The position numbers and the translations under genes are program-made. The notes beneath the pieces were generated by a model. It worked only from the letters and a program-made list of their open reading frames with translations, was not told where the DNA came from and made no database searches. This document shows positions 12,313 to 24,919 of a stretch of 64,000 nucleotides of DNA, one piece after another; within the stretch, counting starts at the first letter, position 1, and each line of letters opens with the position of its first letter. Origin of the DNA: Eledone cirrhosa (Eukaryota); NCBI GenBank assembly GCA_964016885.1, contig OZ024742.1, forward strand, positions 306,032,001 through 306,096,000, given 5' to 3'.

Positions 12313-15300
12313 TCTAATAAGACCCATGCTCATTTCGATACTTTTTACATTACAGGAAGGATATATGAATTTTATTCTACTTTAAATCATATAATGAAAA
12401 AAAAGAATTTAAAAAGAAGCTGTTTCCGTAATGTCGAATGATCTTGGTTAGGTTGTTTCTTTTATGACAATTATTAACTTTCTAAATTGATATAATAGTA
12501 TTGAAAATCTACATTATATTTACATACTGTACTCCAAACATCAACAACTCACTTTTGGGAATTACTGTTTCTTTTTTCTTTTCTCATTGAAATATGCACA
12601 GATGTTGTTTTTCCTTCACTTATTTCGCTTCTGACACATTTATGGCCCCCTATCAAATGAAATAGTTAACAAGAGGCGTCACCATATGAGCGCTTCATAT
12701 GATAGAAATAGAATATTATACACTAAAATATTATATGGTGCAATTAATGCTATGCCAAAAATGGGATGGTCGAAATGTGGATGTTTTTGAGCATATGTTG
12801 CCGTGTGATGACGTAGGTTTAAACAGTAATAGTGATGGCAGAACAAGAACAGCAAAAAAATCTACAAAAATACACACACCATTAACGACTCTGGCCTCCC
12901 ATTCGGTATCCGTACATATTATAGTAGTGGGAGAGAAAGTGTGTTGCTGTGCTTACTATTTCAATCAATCAAAGCAAGTATTTGACAATTAGAAGCAGTA
13001 AAGCTGTATTGTGAGTCATGTAGCTACCCACTCTTCTCTCATTTTATGCATGCACCGAAATCAAATTCGATACAATACACAATACACTTGATCGACCCCA
13101 GGCAATAATACACTTAGCCCAATCAGGTGAGGACGACAGCTCTCCATCCTGATAACATACACAAAAAAACAAAACTTGTTCGATTAGGCTAGTTTTCCTT
13201 TGGTTGCTAAGTGATAAGCAATGGCTCTAGTGTTGAATCTGCATTCAGTGATCTGCAGGGGGAAGTAAAGCCGATTAGTGCCAGGTAAAGCTGGAGGGAT
13301 TTTTTTAATCCTATCACTGTATAAATCGGTAGGCATCTACGTGATAATGCTTGCTCTATGGAAGCTTAAATAAATAATGATTTTATTTCTTCGACTCAAA
13401 CTTCTTTATTTATTTATTAGGAAGTGATATGTGAAAACGAAAGATATTGTAGGGGAAAAAGACATGTTCTATTAATATTACCACTGCTATTATCACATTA
13501 TATTAATCGTTTTTACTTCACAGTACATCAGATGGGGCTGACTGACAATTTTACCCCTAGTACTGCTTGTATTAAACAAAATGTATTTAAGATTTGACTC
13601 ATGAAAATTTAATTTTTGTGAAATTGATTCTTAATTCCTTTTTTAAGTGTCAGATTTTTGTTTACGTTTATAAAATAAATAGCCTTTTTTAAATTATGGG
13701 AAAAATATTTTGTGTACGTAATATAGTACCTCAGCTTCTAACCAAATATTATATATTTATATATATATGTCTCCCTTAAGAGATGTGCTTAATAGAAGTT
13801 GTTGGGCCCGCCTTCTTAACAACAGATGTGCACATACGATATTAATAGGAGTACATTATTCTAAGTGATTTAACATGTTACATTGGACAGGTAACAGCTA
13901 CACACATACGCAAGCGTGACGTCGTGGTCAGGTTCATACCTCTTTCTGTTACCCCCCCTCTCTCTCTTTCTCAATATATTAATATATATATGTGTGTGTG
14001 TGTTGTTTCCGTGTGTGCGTTTAGCTAAATATATAGCACAATGCATGAGTAAAGTGGTCTGCATTTTAGCATAATTTGAAGCTATATTAATGACGTGAGG
14101 GAGGAACAGCAGTTTCGAGTATATGAGAATTTATTAAACTGATGTAGCTGTTGTATATTTGTCTATATCTGTGTGTTTGTGTATGTGCATGTGTTAATAT
14201 GTGCGTACGCTTGTATGTGAAATGTTTGTCTGTTTTCAATCATGTGTTGTGTGCATAACCCACAACAATTATTAGAAAATTCGAGACAATGCTCCATGCT
14301 GCAGTGTGAGATCAATCTCAGAAATAAGTGGTTGCAAAACGATCTTTCTGACCAGCCCGCCTTATCAACATCCATTATAGATATACTATAGATAAATATT
14401 GCACTTTTATAGATGACAAAATTTTGTGTTACTTTGAGGAAATGAATGAGCTTGGCCAGCTCTCTATAGATACTAAATTGGACGATAACATAAATGATTT
14501 ATTAAAATATTAACAAGAATTTCACATGGTAGGAGGAAAATCTATGATCTTAAGGACTGTTTCTAGGGAGAATGTCACGGGAGAAACTTCGGAATTCAAA
14601 TCGATTAAAATTATTCAAAAATAGACCGCTGTGGGTGTTAGCAGCACAGCAACGAAAGCTGCCGTATTTCCGTCATTCTAGACCTTAACTGGTACGAGCA
14701 GACCTAAGGTGACTTCAGAGATAAGCTTGATCAATTGGTCAATATTGAGTTGCTTTTATTTGATAAAGTTTAAAGTCTCAACAGAACCTCGGAACCACAT
14801 GTAAATCATCATGTAATATGAGTAATTTTGTTTGATAAAGATGTTTTATAAACATAAATATGTTAAATGAATCTTGGCATTCAACGAAGGGGCTGTTGAT
14901 AAATGTGGTAGCATGTAAAAAAAAAAGGGAGTGTGTGAGAGAAAAGGGACGAAAAGTAAATCAGAACAAAATAAAGGCGACATTGAACAGAAATAAAAGA
15001 AAATGCCTGCAGCAGCAGAGTGGTAACGGTATTTCAAATGATAATAGAGACGTTAGGTATAAAACACGAGATAGCCTCTACGTGGTGTCTTGTCATGCTG
15101 AAAGTAGCACCTATATATCACTCGAATCAGAGATTTCCAACGTAAAGATTTAGATGTTTATATGTATAATGTAGTTGAGAAAATACAAAATAAAAATGAT
15201 AGTAATAAGGGCAACAAATTTTATAATTCGTGAACTACTTCAGAACTTATCAGTTACGGAACAAAAATAGGTGTATACAGGCGTATCATTGCACCGATGA

Positions 15301-15575
15301 TGCACCGATCCGTAGTAATAGTAGTAGTGGTGGAAGTGACATAGAATTTAGAGGACGAGAAAGGTGTATGGTAAAAGAACTGAACGTATGTGGGAATGTT
15401 AACAATGAAATCTCTAGAAAGTTTACTGCCATCATAAAATGTAATGGTTGTGTCACAGGTGTTATTGTGTGACAGGTGGTGTCCAAATACTACTTTAATC
15501 GATGAAACTGAGAAACACAGTAAATCATTTGGATCATTCCACCCTCTCTCGTAAAATCGGTATATATATATATAA

Positions 15576-15639
<64 letters not shown>

Positions 15640-16201
15640 CCATGTCAATTCAACACACACTTTGAAATTTTGAAATTACGCATATATAGTTTTGACAATA
15701 TAATTTGAATGCAAACTTGGCTGTGTATGAGTTAGTACAACTCAACACAATTGGTGTTTGTATAACCCCTTGCGTGTGTAGAAATTCTGGTCTCTTTTTC
15801 ACCAATATTTCAACGTATGCGTGAGAGTTTGCCTATTTGACAGAGTGTATACAAGAGAACATGGGAATAAGTTAAATTAGAAAGACAAAAAGAAACTCAT
15901 ATGAAAATATCCCTGTTAAAAATCGATAATAAAATGATATATCATTGTTGGCAAACTAGCACAAAGACAAAACATTGTATGCTTTGTACAGACCCTTCTC
16001 CTCCACCTCCAATACTCCGTCAGCGTCCTCCCCCTGCTACCACTTTTACCCCCTCCCGCTTTCTCCTATCCACACTTTTCTTATCCTAGTTTAACGTTAC
16101 ACACACATACACACGGCCGCAAGTTTCTTTCCACATCTGCATATTTATATGTGAATATAAAGGCACAAGCTCACCTATCCCACTCTCTCTTTCTCCCCCC
16201 C

Positions 16202-16278
<77 letters not shown>

Positions 16279-16323
16279 AAGAATGAAGAATAACATGGTC
16301 GGCTGTATATATATATATATAGA

Positions 16324-16506
16324 AAAGCTTCTACAGGACTAGAACTTTTTCATTCGTGAGAAATCACCAGGAAGCTTCCTGATGATTTCTCACGAATGAA
16401 ACAGTTCTAGTCCTGTAGAAGCTTTGCTATATTAAAATATTTATACTCTGGTATGTATTGAGTACCTTACTTACTGTGGTTACCCCTGATTGAAACCGGA
16501 ATAACT

Positions 16507-16507
<1 letters not shown>
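16324..16507. mobile_element. Penelope-derived fold-back cassette in (TA)n: 102-bp near-perfect palindrome plus tail
   Basis: 16324-16374 is the reverse complement of 16375-16425 with about 2 mismatches; centre GGAAGCTTCC. Confidence 0.75.
16372..16424 (+). ncRNA. Type I hammerhead ribozyme motif
   Basis: Stem I AAGCTTC/GAAGCTT; core CTGATGA (16379-16385); short stem II TTC-TCAC-GAA; GAAA; stem III ACAG/CTGT; GUA cleavage site. Confidence 0.8.
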
Positions 16508-17226
<719 letters not shown>

Positions 17227-17239
17227 TATAAAACTATTG

Positions 17240-17308
17240 ATGTATTTTATCTGACGAGGGCGTACTGAAAAAACACCCAGTACCTTCGAAATATATATAA
17301 TAAAACAT
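17240..17308 (+). ncRNA. Type I hammerhead motif with short palindromic stem III
   Basis: TTTTAT-CTGACGA-G..GTACTG/CAGTAC..C-GAAA-TATATA-TA-ATAAAA. Confidence 0.75.
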
Positions 17309-17349
17309 ATATTTTGATTATGTGATTGTCTTCATTTATTAATATTCTG

Positions 17350-17426
<77 letters not shown>

Positions 17427-18178
17427 AGAGTATTGAAGTTTGCTTGAAGCATTGTGGAATAATAAGTAAATATCTTTAAGTCGTTTGGAAGCCTTGACAA
17501 TGCAAATGGGTAAATCTCCGGGTAACAAGTTCGGGTGGTGGAGAGAGAGATGTAAGTGGGTGTACGTTGAGATGCGTGGTGTGTATAAGATGTGTAAGAT
17601 GTGTAGAAGAATGAAGGGAAGAGTATAAAGGATAAAATTAAAATAACAACACAAGAGAGAGTTACCTTGGGAGAGATTTAATAATCCCTATATATTTCGG
17701 ATTCACATCCATCAACTGGGGTTTTTTTCCGGGGTGGGGGAAAGGTTGTCTGTCGGACAGGTGCGAAACGCGTCCTCCGCTGTTTGTTGTTTTGAATATC
17801 AGTATAATTTAGAAGTATAATTTACTAAAGCATAATCCAATACAAGAGATATTCAAAACAACAAACAGCGGAGGACGCGTTTCGCACCTGTCATACAGAC
17901 AACCTTTACCCCAACCCGGAAAAACCCCCAGTTGATGGATGTGAATCCGAAATATATAGGGACTATTAAATCTCTCCCAAGGTAACTCTCTCTTGTGTTG
18001 TTATTTTTATTTTATCCTTTATACTCTTCCCTTCATTCTTCTACACATCTTACACATCTTATACACACCACGCATCTCAACGTACACTCACTTACATCTC
18101 TCTCTCCACCACCGGATCTTGTTACCCGGAGATTTACCCATTTGAATTGTCGAGGCTTCCAAACGACTTAAAGATATT

Positions 18179-18241
<63 letters not shown>

Positions 18242-18571
18242 TTTATCCATGTTCAGTATTGGTTTAAAATCCTATTGACTGAAGAGTGCTCGACTTTAAA
18301 AGGGCTGGAAGGTGCCAATCTCATAAAAATGTAGAATATGCTGCGAACATTCCCTTTCAAATGGTATTTATCCATGTTCAGTATTGGTTTAAAATCCTAT
18401 TGACTGAAGAGTGCTCGACTTTAAAAGGGCTGGAAGATGCCAATCTCATAAAAATGTAGAATATGCTGCGATCATTCCCTTAGGAAGGGAATGATCGCAG
18501 CATATTCTATATATATATATATATATTATTCAGAATATTAATAAATGAAGACGATCACATAATCAAAATAT

Positions 18572-18640
18572 ATGTTTTATTATATATATTTCGAAGGTAC
18601 TGGGTGTTTTTTCAGTACGTCCTCGTCAGATAAAATACAT
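18572..18640 (-). ncRNA. Type I hammerhead motif (inverted copy of 17240-17308)
   Basis: Reverse complement with intact CTGACGA and GAAA. Confidence 0.75.
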
Positions 18641-18645
18641 CAATG

Positions 18646-18730
<85 letters not shown>

Positions 18731-18778
18731 TAATAAAAATAATGAATAAACAAAGAAACAGTTCCTTATATTAAAAAA

Positions 18779-18915
18779 TCATCATTTTACGATCGTTTCT
18801 TGGATATATATGTTAGTGTTGGTATGCATAACATATAGATCTATGTAAAATTTTACAAACTATCAGAAAGAATATACATACCTACACATATATATGCTGT
18901 CTTCAGAAATAATGA
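18779..18915 (-). ncRNA. Type I hammerhead motif with very long stem II (inverted copy)
   Basis: Reverse complement of 19562-19701 with a few substitutions. Confidence 0.65.
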
Positions 18916-19561
18916 TATTTGTTTATTGAAAAAAACCAACAAAGATTTAATACAATAGGTCTGTTTGGGAACAGGTTTTGAATTGACCAATAGAAAGATA
19001 GTGAAGGTCAAGATGATAAAATAGTAGTAATAGAACCTTAATTTAGGGGTAGTGGAAGGTAGATTTCAGTTTTGGATGGAAAGAATATTATGAATGAAAG
19101 ATTATTTTAGGGATGAAAATAGGTCATATGCTGTCTTCAGAAATAATTATATTTGTTTATTGAATAAAACCAACAAAGATTTAATATAATAGGTCTGTTT
19201 GGAAACAGGTTTTGAATTGACCAATAGAAAGGTAATAACTGGCTAAATGGTAAAATAGTAGTAATGGAACTTTAATTTAGGGGTAGAAGAAGGCAGATTT
19301 CAGTTTTGAATGGAAGGAGTATGATAAATGAAAAGGTTATTTTAGGGGTGAAAATAGGTCAGGTCGGTAAAAAGTACACGAAAAATTACTGTTATAAAAG
19401 AATAATGCCAATGTAAATATCTAAGGAGACTAAAATTTTACGATAAAAGTGTTAGTGAAAAAAATATATGGAATTTACATCTTTCTATTGGTCAATTCAA
19501 AACCTGTTCCCAAACAGACCTATTGTATTAAATCTTTGTTGGTTTTTTCAATAAACAAATA

Positions 19562-19701
19562 TCATTATTTCTGAAGACAGCATATATATATGTGTAGGTA
19601 TGTATATTCCTTCTGATAGTTTGTAAAAATTTTACATAGATCTATATGATATGCATACCAACACTAACATATATATCCTAGAAACGATCGTAAAATGATG
19701 A
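19562..19701 (+). ncRNA. Type I hammerhead motif with 103-nt stem II
   Basis: Stem I TCATTATTT/AAATGATGA; CTGAAGA at 19571-19577; GAAAC-GATC-GTA at 19681-19692. Confidence 0.7.
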
Positions 19702-19915
19702 ATTTTTTTAATATAAGGAACTGTTTCTTTGTTTATTCATTATTTTTATTAATTTATCTTGACTCTGTTTTCCTGTATTTTTCATCGAAAAACATTTTTG
19801 AATACATCTTCTCTTTTCATGATATTCGGATTACATTGAGTTCTTCATACGGATTGGACACTACCGTACATTTTGGTAGATTTATCTACATATATATATA
19901 TATGTGTGTGTGTGT

Positions 19916-19995
<80 letters not shown>

Positions 19996-20084
19996 GTGTG
20001 CGTGTGTGTGTGCGCGTGTGTGTGTGTGTGTGTGTATATATATAGTGAAAGAATGAAGAATAATATGGTAAGATGTACACACAG

Positions 20085-20134
<50 letters not shown>

Positions 20135-20140
20135 TTTGTT

Positions 20141-20191
20141 AGTTTCAGAAGATCCTGTTAAGGGTGAAAGCAGCGATTCTTTGCTTAAACT
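20141..20191 (+). ncRNA. Hammerhead-like motif, CAGAAGA variant (copy 2)
   Basis: Near-identical to 17057-17107; isolated between (TA)n runs. Confidence 0.6.
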
Positions 20192-21869
20192 TTAATTTGT
20201 TATTTTAATAAATATATATATATATATATACATACAATCCTTCAACTATATATATATATAGTTTAAGGATTGTAACGTTAAGTTATTGTATTTCACCAAA
20301 GTGAGCAGTGAGCACTCGATGCGTAGTCTCCAGTATATATTTTGGTGTTATACTAAGCAGAGTGTAATAATAATAATATGGCCGACGTGTTAAATTATCA
20401 TTACTTTTATTGAGATGTGACGCATGTTTCGCGATTGATCAGCTCTATGTTTGATATGTATCGATCGGTCGTGTCTCTGGAACCAAAAGCTCAACGGAAT
20501 TCGGTTATCGTAATAACAGAATGATTTCGTTAAGAAAATATACATCAGTTCTCATTCATTTGAGGTAGTCCAATATACTTCACTTTTATTAGTGGTTTTG
20601 TGAGAAACATGTAAGTATGTGGGATAGGGGAGGGGGATAATTAGAAGGAAGAAAGAATTGAGAAGATGAAAGATTGGTGGGGGAGGGGGGTACATTAATT
20701 GGTAGAGTTGGGAATGGCGTGATGTTTTGGCCGCTTATTAGTGGACATGTTGGTGCGTATGTGTTGGTGTAAGATTTTAGAAGTGAATTTATTTCTGTTA
20801 ACTGAAAGTGACTTGCTATATCAGGTGGATGTTTTTGTTCAGCTCCTGGTAAAATCAATTAGAGTTTTAATCAAAAACATTTCAACTATCATATTTGTGA
20901 CATTTTCAGACGTCTGGACCAAATTATCAAATGTGCCCTCAATTTTTCAAGAGGTGTGCGTAATACTTTCTGAGACATTTTGCTGATATTTCTAGTAATA
21001 CAGACGAGGGGATCAGCTTTGTTAAAGCAAACATGATAACTTTATCTCTATAGATGACTCTATTAATATGTTATTTATTTAATTCTAAATCGAAATAATT
21101 TAAATTAATTCAATTCCTGAGGTTGTCCCCCTTGCATGTCTTGAGTAGAATTAGTAATTATATATTTAGCTTTTCTTGCCAACATTTGTCTAATTATGTA
21201 TAAACAAAATTTCAATTATATTTGGACGAACTATTATGTAGAACTCTATTACTTTTGAGAGTAAAGGAATATTGACGTGTTATTTCTAGCAAATTGAACC
21301 GACAAGATTCTATTATTGGCTAGTGACTCCATATGGTTCAGTGATGTGGTGGATGATATATTCAGAAATTGTTACAAGTGTCGACTGTTATTTTCAAATG
21401 TAATATAAAAGGATTAAAATAAACAATATTTTTTTCTTTTTAAAAAATGCAAGTATTTATACCAACAACGACAAAAACAAATAATAAATACGATTCTGTG
21501 GCCATTCAACCAAAATGGGAATTTGATACGAAGAATGACAATTTATCGTCATATTTATCGCCATATTTGTAATTTTGTTTTTCTTAGATCTGACTACTAA
21601 AACTAACAGACGTTGGAAATGTCGCGACTAAATAATATGGTACGTGACTTGAATAAGAAACAAACATAACAACAATAACAGTAATAATAAGGAAATGGGA
21701 AAAAGTAATAAAGATTTATTCGAAAATTGATTCTTTTCGTATATTGCTTATATTTTAAACATATTTTGAATACCAAAACTAAATTTTTTCGGGGAAATAT
21801 TCAGTGTTAAGATTTCATTAACATACGAAATATACAGTGAGCTACATAGCCATTTAATGAAAAAAAAAA

Positions 21870-22101
21870 ATGCATACATACATTCATTCATACATACATA
21901 TATACATACATACATAATACATAAATACAATCATACATAAATACATACATACATAAATACATATATAATTCATACATACATACATAAATACATATATACT
22001 ACATGCAAACATACATACATATACAAAACATACATACATATAAAATATATACATACATAAAAATACATACATATATAATACATAGATGCATACATACATA
22101 C
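21870..22101. repeat. Degenerate (TACA)n microsatellite
   Basis: Directly visible. Confidence 0.9.
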
Positions 22102-22428
22102 AAAAAGAAAGAAAGAGCCAAAACGCTGGAGTGTAAGGTAGGGCAAGTGTGAGGGAAAGAGAGAATGAAAAATAGGGAAAACGAGATTTCAAGTAGAGAA
22201 ATGGAAGGAAAGTGTCATGTATAAATAGCAACATTATAGAGGGATACACATTCATAAACGTTGAAGTAGGTAGATAAATAGGTACTGAGAAACGTATGGT
22301 GATATAGATGGTATAGAGAAGGGGTAATATATACATGTAGACACACACACACACACACGTATATAGAACTACATCCATATTAACTACATGGATATATATA
22401 TATATATATATATAAAATAACAGATTAA

Positions 22429-22479
22429 AGTTTAAGCAAAGAATCGCTGCTTTCACCCTTAACGGGATCTTCTGAAACT
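22429..22479 (-). ncRNA. Hammerhead-like motif, CAGAAGA variant (copy 3)
   Basis: Reverse complement of 17057-17107. Confidence 0.6.
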
Positions 22480-22516
22480 AAAATTATTATTATTACTATA
22501 TATATATATATATATA

Positions 22517-22637
22517 ACGAAGGGGTGTGGTAAGGAACCATATGGACCATAATGCACCAGAGTACTTAATACTTAGGGTACTAGAGTGGGTAATAGGAAA
22601 ATGTTCAACCCCTACGGCAGAGCTCAAGCCGTTTCGA
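22517..22637 (-). mobile_element. 3' fragment of the fold-back family at 61190-62543
   Basis: Reverse complement of ~62422-62543; flanked by (TA)n and (TG)n. Confidence 0.75.
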
Positions 22638-22751
22638 TGTGTGTGTGTGTGTGTATGTATGTATGTGAAAGGTAAACAGAAATAACAACACAATCGGTAA
22701 AGTATATGAAAGGAATATATTAGGTTAACGCTTGAAATAGCAGGAAGAGGG

Positions 22752-22787
22752 TCTTTACGTTTCAGACGCTAGTCCTTCACCAGAAGA
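22752..22787 (-). ncRNA. Decayed minimal hammerhead motif (CTGGTGA core)
   Basis: rc reads TCTT-CTGGTGA-AGGACTAGCGTCT-GAAAC-GTA-AAGA; an A6G change would likely inactivate it. Confidence 0.5.
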
Positions 22788-23557
22788 AAGAATGAGAAAC
22801 AAGATAGATTGAAGAGACAGGCGGGTTGGCATTGGAAAAAATGCCTTTAGATAAACATTCCCGTCAAATTGGTGTACCGATACCACCATTTGATCGGCTG
22901 AGTTGCTTTGCGTGGCTGAACGGGGTGCTACTCTGTTTAGCATCACACCAAACTACACTTATAGCCTGTTCTAGTCAAATACTATCGGTCACAGAAGCAG
23001 TTTCATCTCTGGCTATTATTAGGGCTGCTTGATACCCCGACTTGATTTGTTAATAATACATTTCCAATACTTGTAAATAGCTATTTATTTTCAGGAGCTG
23101 AAACAAATAGTCCATGTTCTAAGAGGAAAGTATTTGAAATATTTCTTAGTCAAACTCTGGGAATCCATCGATTAGTTTGATAGTTATCAGCCTAATTTAT
23201 TCTATTCGGTATCGCTTTCCTCGGAAAGTATCACATTAAATTTCTCCGCAAAAATTTATTTTACTGCATTTTATTTTTGAGATGTTCTCTGGGAAGCAAG
23301 GTTCAAATGATTGCGATGGCATTTAGCATGGAATCGGCATAAATTCGCCAATATATTTCACCCTGATACCATGTTGGATCGTTTGAGTTGTTTTACTTGG
23401 CCGAGCAAGGTGGTGCTATCTGTTGGCATCTTCCCCTCAGTCTACCCTAGTAGCTTGTTTTTATCAGATACTGTAAAATACAGACGCCTTGCTATGCCTC
23501 TGCCTAGACATGACGACAATATTTGGCTTTAACATTGTACGGCTCTAAATTCCCTAT

Positions 23558-23651
<94 letters not shown>

Positions 23652-24144
23652 TAAACGGAATAGAAAATGCTGACAAATTGTTCACAGTGGAAAAATGGTT
23701 TAATTAGGAATAAAAGAGTATTAGTGATTGTATGGGTTAGTATTCAGTTGTGGTTTTAAGTTTTTAAGTTTTTACCGGTTGCGCATTTCTAAATGCTTTT
23801 CAAAAATAATTTTGAGATAGAGTGTCCGTGCTGTTTGCTCTGATCTGATTAGTTTTGGGAATTCTACCTGTTTTTATGTTAAAAAAGTGGCTCCAGCGTT
23901 ACTTTGGTGTTGCAAAAATTCTTGTGGTCAAAACAATTTTGATTGGTCGGTAGAGGTCATGTGAATGTAAAGAATTGATTTTGCGCCAAGACTGTTTTTA
24001 TGTTAAAAAAGTGGCTCCAGCGTTATTTGGTGTTTGCAAAACTTCTTGTGGTCAAAACAATTTTGATTGGTCGGTAGAGGTCATGTGAATAAAAAATTGG
24101 TTTTGCGCCAAGATTGAGAAATGACTCTTTCACAACAAATATGT

Positions 24145-24198
<54 letters not shown>

Positions 24199-24270
24199 TA
24201 GTAGTAGTAGTAAGGTGTTCGATGTTGTGATAATGGTTAGCAGCGATGTGTGTCAAATGGCTATTAAGAT

Positions 24271-24311
<41 letters not shown>

Positions 24312-24427
24312 GCAGAGTAATTCGTGGTGGCAGGGATGGTCAGTAAGAATGTGTCTGAAAGCAATGGGGGGTATTTTAGCATGTCAAAAGATATTTTTCA
24401 GCTTTTGTCTTATACGGAGAAGTGCGC

Positions 24428-24460
<33 letters not shown>

Positions 24461-24511
24461 AGTCTCTTTGTATGTTGATGCACGCGTGTGTATGTGTGTG
24501 TGTATATATAT

Positions 24512-24551
<40 letters not shown>

Positions 24552-24693
24552 ACCAGTATTTTTTCCCCCTGGTAAAATGGTGTATATTATTCGATTTTTT
24601 CAGTAAAATCGGTTCTCTTAATAGAACATCAAAAATCTTAACAATAAAAGGTGTGAAATGATATTCACTATATATATATACACATACATATAT

Positions 24694-24769
<76 letters not shown>

Positions 24770-24919
24770 TACATATATATACATATATATAAGCACATAC
24801 ATTTTTTTGTGTTGCACCATAGAGCATGTGTGTTTACGTATGTCATTGTGTTTATATGTGGGTAGAGATGTGTGCTGATGTAGGTATGTATGTTGACGTG
24901 TGTATGTTGTGGGTTCGTC

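Larger units (their letters stand above)
17231..18650. mobile_element. Nested fold-back cassettes: outer inverted repeat (17231-17356 / 18525-18650), inner 335-bp-arm hairpin (17466-17800 / 17848-18181), 125-bp tandem repeat (18238-18481)
   Basis: Reverse-complement identity of the arms read directly; every unit is bounded by (TA)n. Confidence 0.85.
18727..19757. mobile_element. Penelope-derived fold-back cassette (arms ~18727-19000 / 19480-19757; internal direct repeat ~18893-19125 / 19126-19360)
   Basis: Arms are reverse complements; begins at a (TA)n boundary. Confidence 0.85.

Noticed and set aside
13100-13930. CCAAT box and CRE-like TGACGTC as a host promoter
   Set aside because: Short motifs expected by chance; no adjacent exon can be supported.
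14300-15500. Possible decayed hAT transposase (CTDDAP ~ CTDGAP)
   Set aside because: A single short motif with no supporting frame or TIRs.
18238-18481. CTGAAGA in a 125-bp tandem repeat as a hammerhead
   Set aside because: No downstream GAAA, stem III or stem I pairing found.
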